Virus record (IMG/VR): IMGVR_UViG_2531839102_000019
Coordinates: 1 to 21,177 of that record
Reading direction: 5' to 3' (one strand)
Source of the DNA: a virus
Lineage: Duplodnaviria > Heunggongvirae > Uroviricota > Caudoviricetes
DNA: 21,177 nucleotides
Part shown: one piece after another, positions 18,109-21,177 of the stretch
Layout: the number at the start of each line of letters is the position of its first letter
Position numbering within the stretch: the first letter of the stretch is position 1
Translations under genes and position numbers: made by a program
Notes under the pieces: model-generated
Told to the model about the DNA's origin: nothing
Databases searched by the model: none
Seen by the model: the letters and a program-made list of their open reading frames with translations, nothing else

Positions 18109-18945
18109 TCACCCTCCTTTGATGCGAATGCCAGCAACACGTAGTGCATGTTCTAAGTCAGCCAGATAAAGCCAGCAGCCATTTTCTTTAGGTATCATGA
18201 CGTGGCGCTCATCATCATTTATCGGATGTCCATATCGAAGGCCGTAGCGAGTCGGCAAATGAACTTCCCGCGTTTCCAGCTCTTTAACGCGTTCCTCCAG
18301 TTCGTAGACCCTGCATTGTTCTCTATCATCAATCAGATATAACCCAAGACATTCGCTTTCTACCCAACCGCCAAAATCATGATCGTAACGCTCACATGAA
18401 AACTCACCGTCACCGTCCTTTGTTGGAATGGTGTAACTATCTAATGGGCCACCATATGTCGGCACATTTCCCAATGTTGGATGCTCAATCCACATGAAAA
18501 ATGTACGTCCGGTTATTGGGCAAATATCTGGCCGCCATTGGTTACGAACAGCCTTGGTTTCGGATAATTCTTCAGCGTGTTGTTTTACTTCCTCAAGCTC
18601 AACACGCAGCTTCCTAACCGTAAGAGCAATTTCCTCGTTCACCTGGTCGCGGCTTTTGATGTATTGCTGGTTTCTTTCCCGTTCATCCAGCAGTGCCAGC
18701 ACGGTAGCCGGATTGGCTGCGGCGATGAATTCAGCATTGGCCTGCTGTTCCATTTGGAAATCTTCATCGAAACCGCTTTCAGGATGTGCTCCTTCAATTC
18801 TGCAAATGGGAATATATCCAGCAGCCTCGCGATGAATTAGTGCATCATCACCATCAAATCGGTTCTCTCCATATTCGAGCGACCACTCACCACGCGTTGC
18901 TTTTTCTGCCTTTTCACGCAGTACCTGATAGTTAATCTCGCTCAT
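18109..18945 (-). CDS. Ead/Ea22-like phage protein
   Basis: N-terminus MSEINYQVLREKAEKATRGEW and internal LLDERERNQQYIKSRDQ match the lambda Ea22 family signature as I recall it; GGAG ribosome-binding site upstream of ATG at 18945. Confidence 0.85.
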   Translation of the reverse strand: MSEINYQVLREKAEKATRGEWSLEYGENRFDGDDALIHREAAGYIPICRIEGAHPESGFDEDFQMEQQANAEFIAAANPATVLALLDERERNQQYIKSRDQVNEEIALTVRKLRVELEEVKQHAEELSETKAVRNQWRPDICPITGRTFFMWIEHPTLGNVPTYGGPLDSYTIPTKDGDGEFSCERYDHDFGGWVESECLGLYLIDDREQCRVYELEERVKELETREVHLPTRYGLRYGHPINDDERHVMIPKENGCWLYLADLEHALRVAGIRIKGG

Positions 18946-19216
18946 TTTTCTCTTCGCTCCGGTATACAAGAATTACAACGTCACCTCTGCTAATTACGCG
19001 AGCTGGATCTCCTGGCTCCATGCTGTCAATCCCGAAGGCTTCGGAAAACGCATTCATTGCCTTCTGGCGTTGATCCTGCTTACGGCATTTATTCCATTTT
19101 TTCAGTAACAACAGCGATAGCCACCGCCCGGCGCAGAACATAATGTAAAAATAACCAAGAAGCGCCAGACCTGTGTTGAGGGTCGTATCGATCGTTATAG
19201 TGGTGTCTATGCTCAC
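18932..19216 (-). CDS. Small hypothetical membrane protein (94 aa)
   Basis: Transmembrane segment LALLGYFYIMFCAGRWLSLLLL; start overlaps the upstream stop by 4 nt and its end overlaps the Ea22-like start. Confidence 0.6.
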   Translation of the reverse strand: MSIDTTITIDTTLNTGLALLGYFYIMFCAGRWLSLLLLKKWNKCRKQDQRQKAMNAFSEAFGIDSMEPGDPARVISRGDVVILVYRSEEKNERD

Positions 19217-19434
19217 TTCACACCTCTCTGTTTGTTGATAAGTTCAATATCCTGCTGGCAACTGGCGCAAGTTCGGCATCCGCGAACAGCCTGGCGTCGC
19301 CGCTCATCTATCGGATCGCCACACTCGCAACAATGAGTAGCAGATGGGGCATTACTATCGGATTTGTATTTTTGCAGGGAGAGATTGCGCTGCAATTCTT
19401 CGATTTCAGCGGCGTTGTCGATGATATCTGCCAT
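19213..19434 (-). CDS. TraR/DksA-family C4 zinc-finger protein
   Basis: CxxC...CxxC in CECGDPIDERRRQAVRGCRTCASCQ; 73 aa; this family is common in lambdoid early operons. Confidence 0.8.
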   Translation of the reverse strand: MADIIDNAAEIEELQRNLSLQKYKSDSNAPSATHCCECGDPIDERRRQAVRGCRTCASCQQDIELINKQRGVK

Positions 19435-19454
19435 TTTCCTTTCCTTCAGGCATG

Positions 19455-19477
19455 AAAAAAGGAGCCGAAGCTCCTTT
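19455..19477 (-). terminator. Intrinsic terminator on the minus strand between the antirepressor-like and TraR-like genes
   Basis: On the minus strand: GGAGC-UUCG-GCUCC hairpin flanked by A3/U3 extension and followed by a U-run; about 20 nt upstream of the TraR-like start. Confidence 0.5.
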
Positions 19478-19481
19478 GGTT

Positions 19482-20111
19482 TCAGAATTCAAATTGTCTT
19501 GCTCTTAGTTGCGCCAGCATACTTCTGGCCCTATGCACCATATAGTTGGCGGGATCAAGTTTTGCTGCTTCGCGGAGCAATGTGTCGCGAGTCCGGTTGG
19601 TTATATGACGAGTTTCGTAGGTCAGATCAAACAGCTTTCCATAGTAATCAGAGTTCAGTTCTCTCATGACGGGGTATAGCTGTTTACTGAGTTGTTGTGC
19701 TTTTTCCATCCAGAGCTGCATGTAGCAAAGGAGGATGATTTCCTCGTCTGTGAATTGTTGCTGTGGTTCTGCTTGTGCCGACTGCATGTTGCGAAGTTTC
19801 TTTTCGCACTCGATGAAGTATCTGCGTATCTGTCGGCCTTTTTCGTTACGCTCTACCATCGCCGTTTCTTTGGCTGTATCGAGGGTAAGGTGGTAGTCTT
19901 TTTTCCCTCGCCCATAACCTATTTCCCGTTTCTGGGAAATAGCTATATAGTCCTGATTTTCAACGAATCCGTACTCTTCAATACGTTCTGTAATCCACGA
20001 TGCAAAGCGTTTACCTACTCCAAGAAAAGTATGTAAATCACGGGCATTAACGAGAAGAGTGGTTTCGTTGGCGATAGTGCCGTTGAATACGGGGATGAGT
20101 TGACTGGTCAT
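19482..20111 (-). CDS. Phage antirepressor-like protein (AntA/AntB-type N-terminal domain)
   Basis: N-terminus LIPVFNGT...VNARDLHTFLGVGKRFASWITERIEEYGFVENQDY fits the AntA-type pattern; AAGGAGG ribosome-binding site upstream of ATG at 20111. Confidence 0.7.
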   Translation of the reverse strand: MTSQLIPVFNGTIANETTLLVNARDLHTFLGVGKRFASWITERIEEYGFVENQDYIAISQKREIGYGRGKKDYHLTLDTAKETAMVERNEKGRQIRRYFIECEKKLRNMQSAQAEPQQQFTDEEIILLCYMQLWMEKAQQLSKQLYPVMRELNSDYYGKLFDLTYETRHITNRTRDTLLREAAKLDPANYMVHRARSMLAQLRARQFEF

Positions 20112-20139
20112 GATGACCTCCTTATTTGTTTAGTTTATA

Positions 20140-20162
20140 ACCGCCAGTTAGTAGCTGGCGGT
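20140..20162. promoter_or_regulatory. Perfect 8-bp inverted repeat in the antirepressor leader (candidate operator or leader hairpin)
   Basis: ACCGCCAG-TTAGTAG-CTGGCGGT, 29 nt upstream of the antirepressor start on the minus strand; a TTGACA hexamer lies just upstream on that strand. Confidence 0.35.
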
Positions 20163-20406
20163 CGGGTGTCAACTGAGCCAAATAAGAAGCTCTGGGCATA
20201 TTCCCCTTGCGGGTGTTGTATTACGCCTCTCCACCCGACCTTTGTACGGATGTAACTATGCCAAATTGCAGGCATAAAAAAGCCGCAAAGCTATCGGGTG
20301 CGGAGACCGCTTATTTGTTCAGTGCGGTCAGTATGCGATAGCTCTGGAGGATTTGTCAATCAGCGGAATATTGATGAACGGGTAACGGTAAATGCCTCAT
20401 CCAGAA

Positions 20407-20443
20407 AATTAACGCAAATTCGCATCGCAAACTTGCGTTAATT
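20407..20443. repeat. 11-bp inverted repeat with 15-nt spacer in the attR-proximal phage arm
   Basis: AATTAACGCAA ... TTGCGTTAATT. Confidence 0.45.
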
Positions 20444-20476
20444 ATCTGAAATATCAAGTTAAATCCCCTTAAATGT

Positions 20477-20526
20477 TTGGGGCACTATTGGGGCAAAATG
20501 TGGTTGTTTGGGGCATATTTGGGGCA
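20477..20526 (+). repeat. Four direct copies of TTGGGGCA (candidate integrase arm-type or Xis binding sites)
   Basis: Copies start at 20477, 20488, 20508 and 20519 (spacing 11, 20, 11 bp), about 120-170 bp from the phage/host junction. Confidence 0.5.
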
Positions 20527-20635
20527 AAAAAGAACGTATAAAGAACGGTGTAAAATTGATTTCTTCATGGTCAAAATGAGGTGTAACAGATTGAAAAATA
20601 TATGCTCTTGGACGATCTTCGGTAATTCTGTGTTT

Positions 20636-20698
20636 TTAATGCTTCATGGTTTCAATATGTCCGTACATGGAATAATAAAGCACCAGAACTTTAGCCAT
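20636..20698 (-). pseudogene. wrbA: Truncated 5' end of wrbA, interrupted by prophage insertion
   Basis: Minus-strand translation [18 protein letters not shown] matches the WrbA N-terminus I recall ([22 protein letters not shown]...) for 18 codons, then diverges (K-H-stop). Confidence 0.8.
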
Positions 20699-21069
20699 TT
20701 CTAACCACTCCTCGTGTTATCTCTATTCCGTAGCGATTCGCTACCACTTATTTAAAGATAAGACGTCCTTTTCAGAGTGCAAATTTCACAACCACTTATT
20801 TGATTTATAACAACTTTCACAAGCACGCAATTTTGTCGCAAAATGACACATTTTTATCTCATCGCGTTTTTTTAATCATAAGAGCGGCTTATGGATAATT
20901 ATTGGAGATGATATCTATTCTCGCTAAGAAGCTGTTGCAGGATATTACCAAACGCGGGTAGAAACACGTCAGTTCACTAAGCTTAGTCCCACGTAGCGAA
21001 AATATGGCAGCCGCCATACGCCGCGTTAATTCTAGCAATATGATGTCTATACCCAGACGGAGGTCAGTA

Positions 21070-21177
21070 ATGGCAAACCATCGAGGCGGTTCCGGCAATT
21101 TTGCAGAAGACCGCGAAAGAGCATCAGAAGCAGGTAAAAAAGGTGGCAAGAGCAGTCACGGCAAAAGCGACAACTAG
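21070..21177 (+). CDS. ymdF: KGG-motif general stress protein, YmdF/YciG family (35 aa)
   Basis: GGAGG 6 nt upstream of ATG; translation MANHRGGSGNFAEDRERASEAGKKGGKSSHGKSDN; stop codon is the last 3 nt of the window. Confidence 0.7.
   Translation: MANHRGGSGNFAEDRERASEAGKKGGKSSHGKSDN

Larger units (their letters stand above)
1..20645. mobile_element. Right arm of an integrated lambdoid prophage (tail genes, accessory genes, giant-ORF operon, b-region-like accessory genes, attR side)
   Basis: Phage-type gene content and order (tail/host-specificity, lom, Ea22-like, antirepressor, TraR-like); ends where an intact wrbA 5' reading frame is abruptly replaced at codon 19. Confidence 0.8.

Noticed and set aside
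20477-20526. TTGGGGCA direct repeats as a CRISPR array
   Set aside because: The repeat unit is only 8-9 bp with 3-12-bp spacers and four copies, far from CRISPR geometry; attachment-site arm elements are the better explanation.
20477-20704. 75-aa plus-strand ORF
   Set aside because: Spans the att repeats and the phage/host junction and runs antisense through the wrbA 5' fragment; no ribosome-binding site.
20889-21149. 86-aa minus-strand ORF
   Set aside because: Antisense to the well-supported ymdF-like gene and its ribosome-binding site; no start context.
1-21177. Integrase, tRNA or stx genes in this window
   Set aside because: No tyrosine- or serine-recombinase-like ORF, no tRNA-like sequence at the junction and no Shiga-toxin-like ORF was found; the integrase and any cargo toxin would lie elsewhere in the prophage.

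Overview
This window reads as the right arm of a lambdoid prophage inserted into the 5' end of wrbA, with the phage/host junction at about 20640-20647, followed by host DNA (wrbA promoter side and a ymdF-like KGG stress-protein gene). Left to right: tail/host-recognition genes (406-3374); an AT-rich accessory block (two repeat-domain ORFs, a Lom-family outer-membrane protein, a Hok/Gef-like small toxin ORF, one hypothetical); a tightly coupled plus-strand five-gene operon gated by intrinsic terminators and ending in a giant 2,792-aa ORF (8761-17139) with two HExxH zincin-like motifs; a minus-strand accessory operon (AntA-like antirepressor, TraR/DksA zinc finger, Ea22-like protein, small membrane proteins); then attR-proximal repeats. 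The most interesting candidate is the giant ORF with its four small partner genes, which I read as a virion-delivered multi-domain effector module; this is a hypothesis. No rRNA, tRNA, CRISPR array, integrase or stx-like ORF was seen. All family assignments come from reading translations against remembered family signatures; no database search or structure prediction was run.
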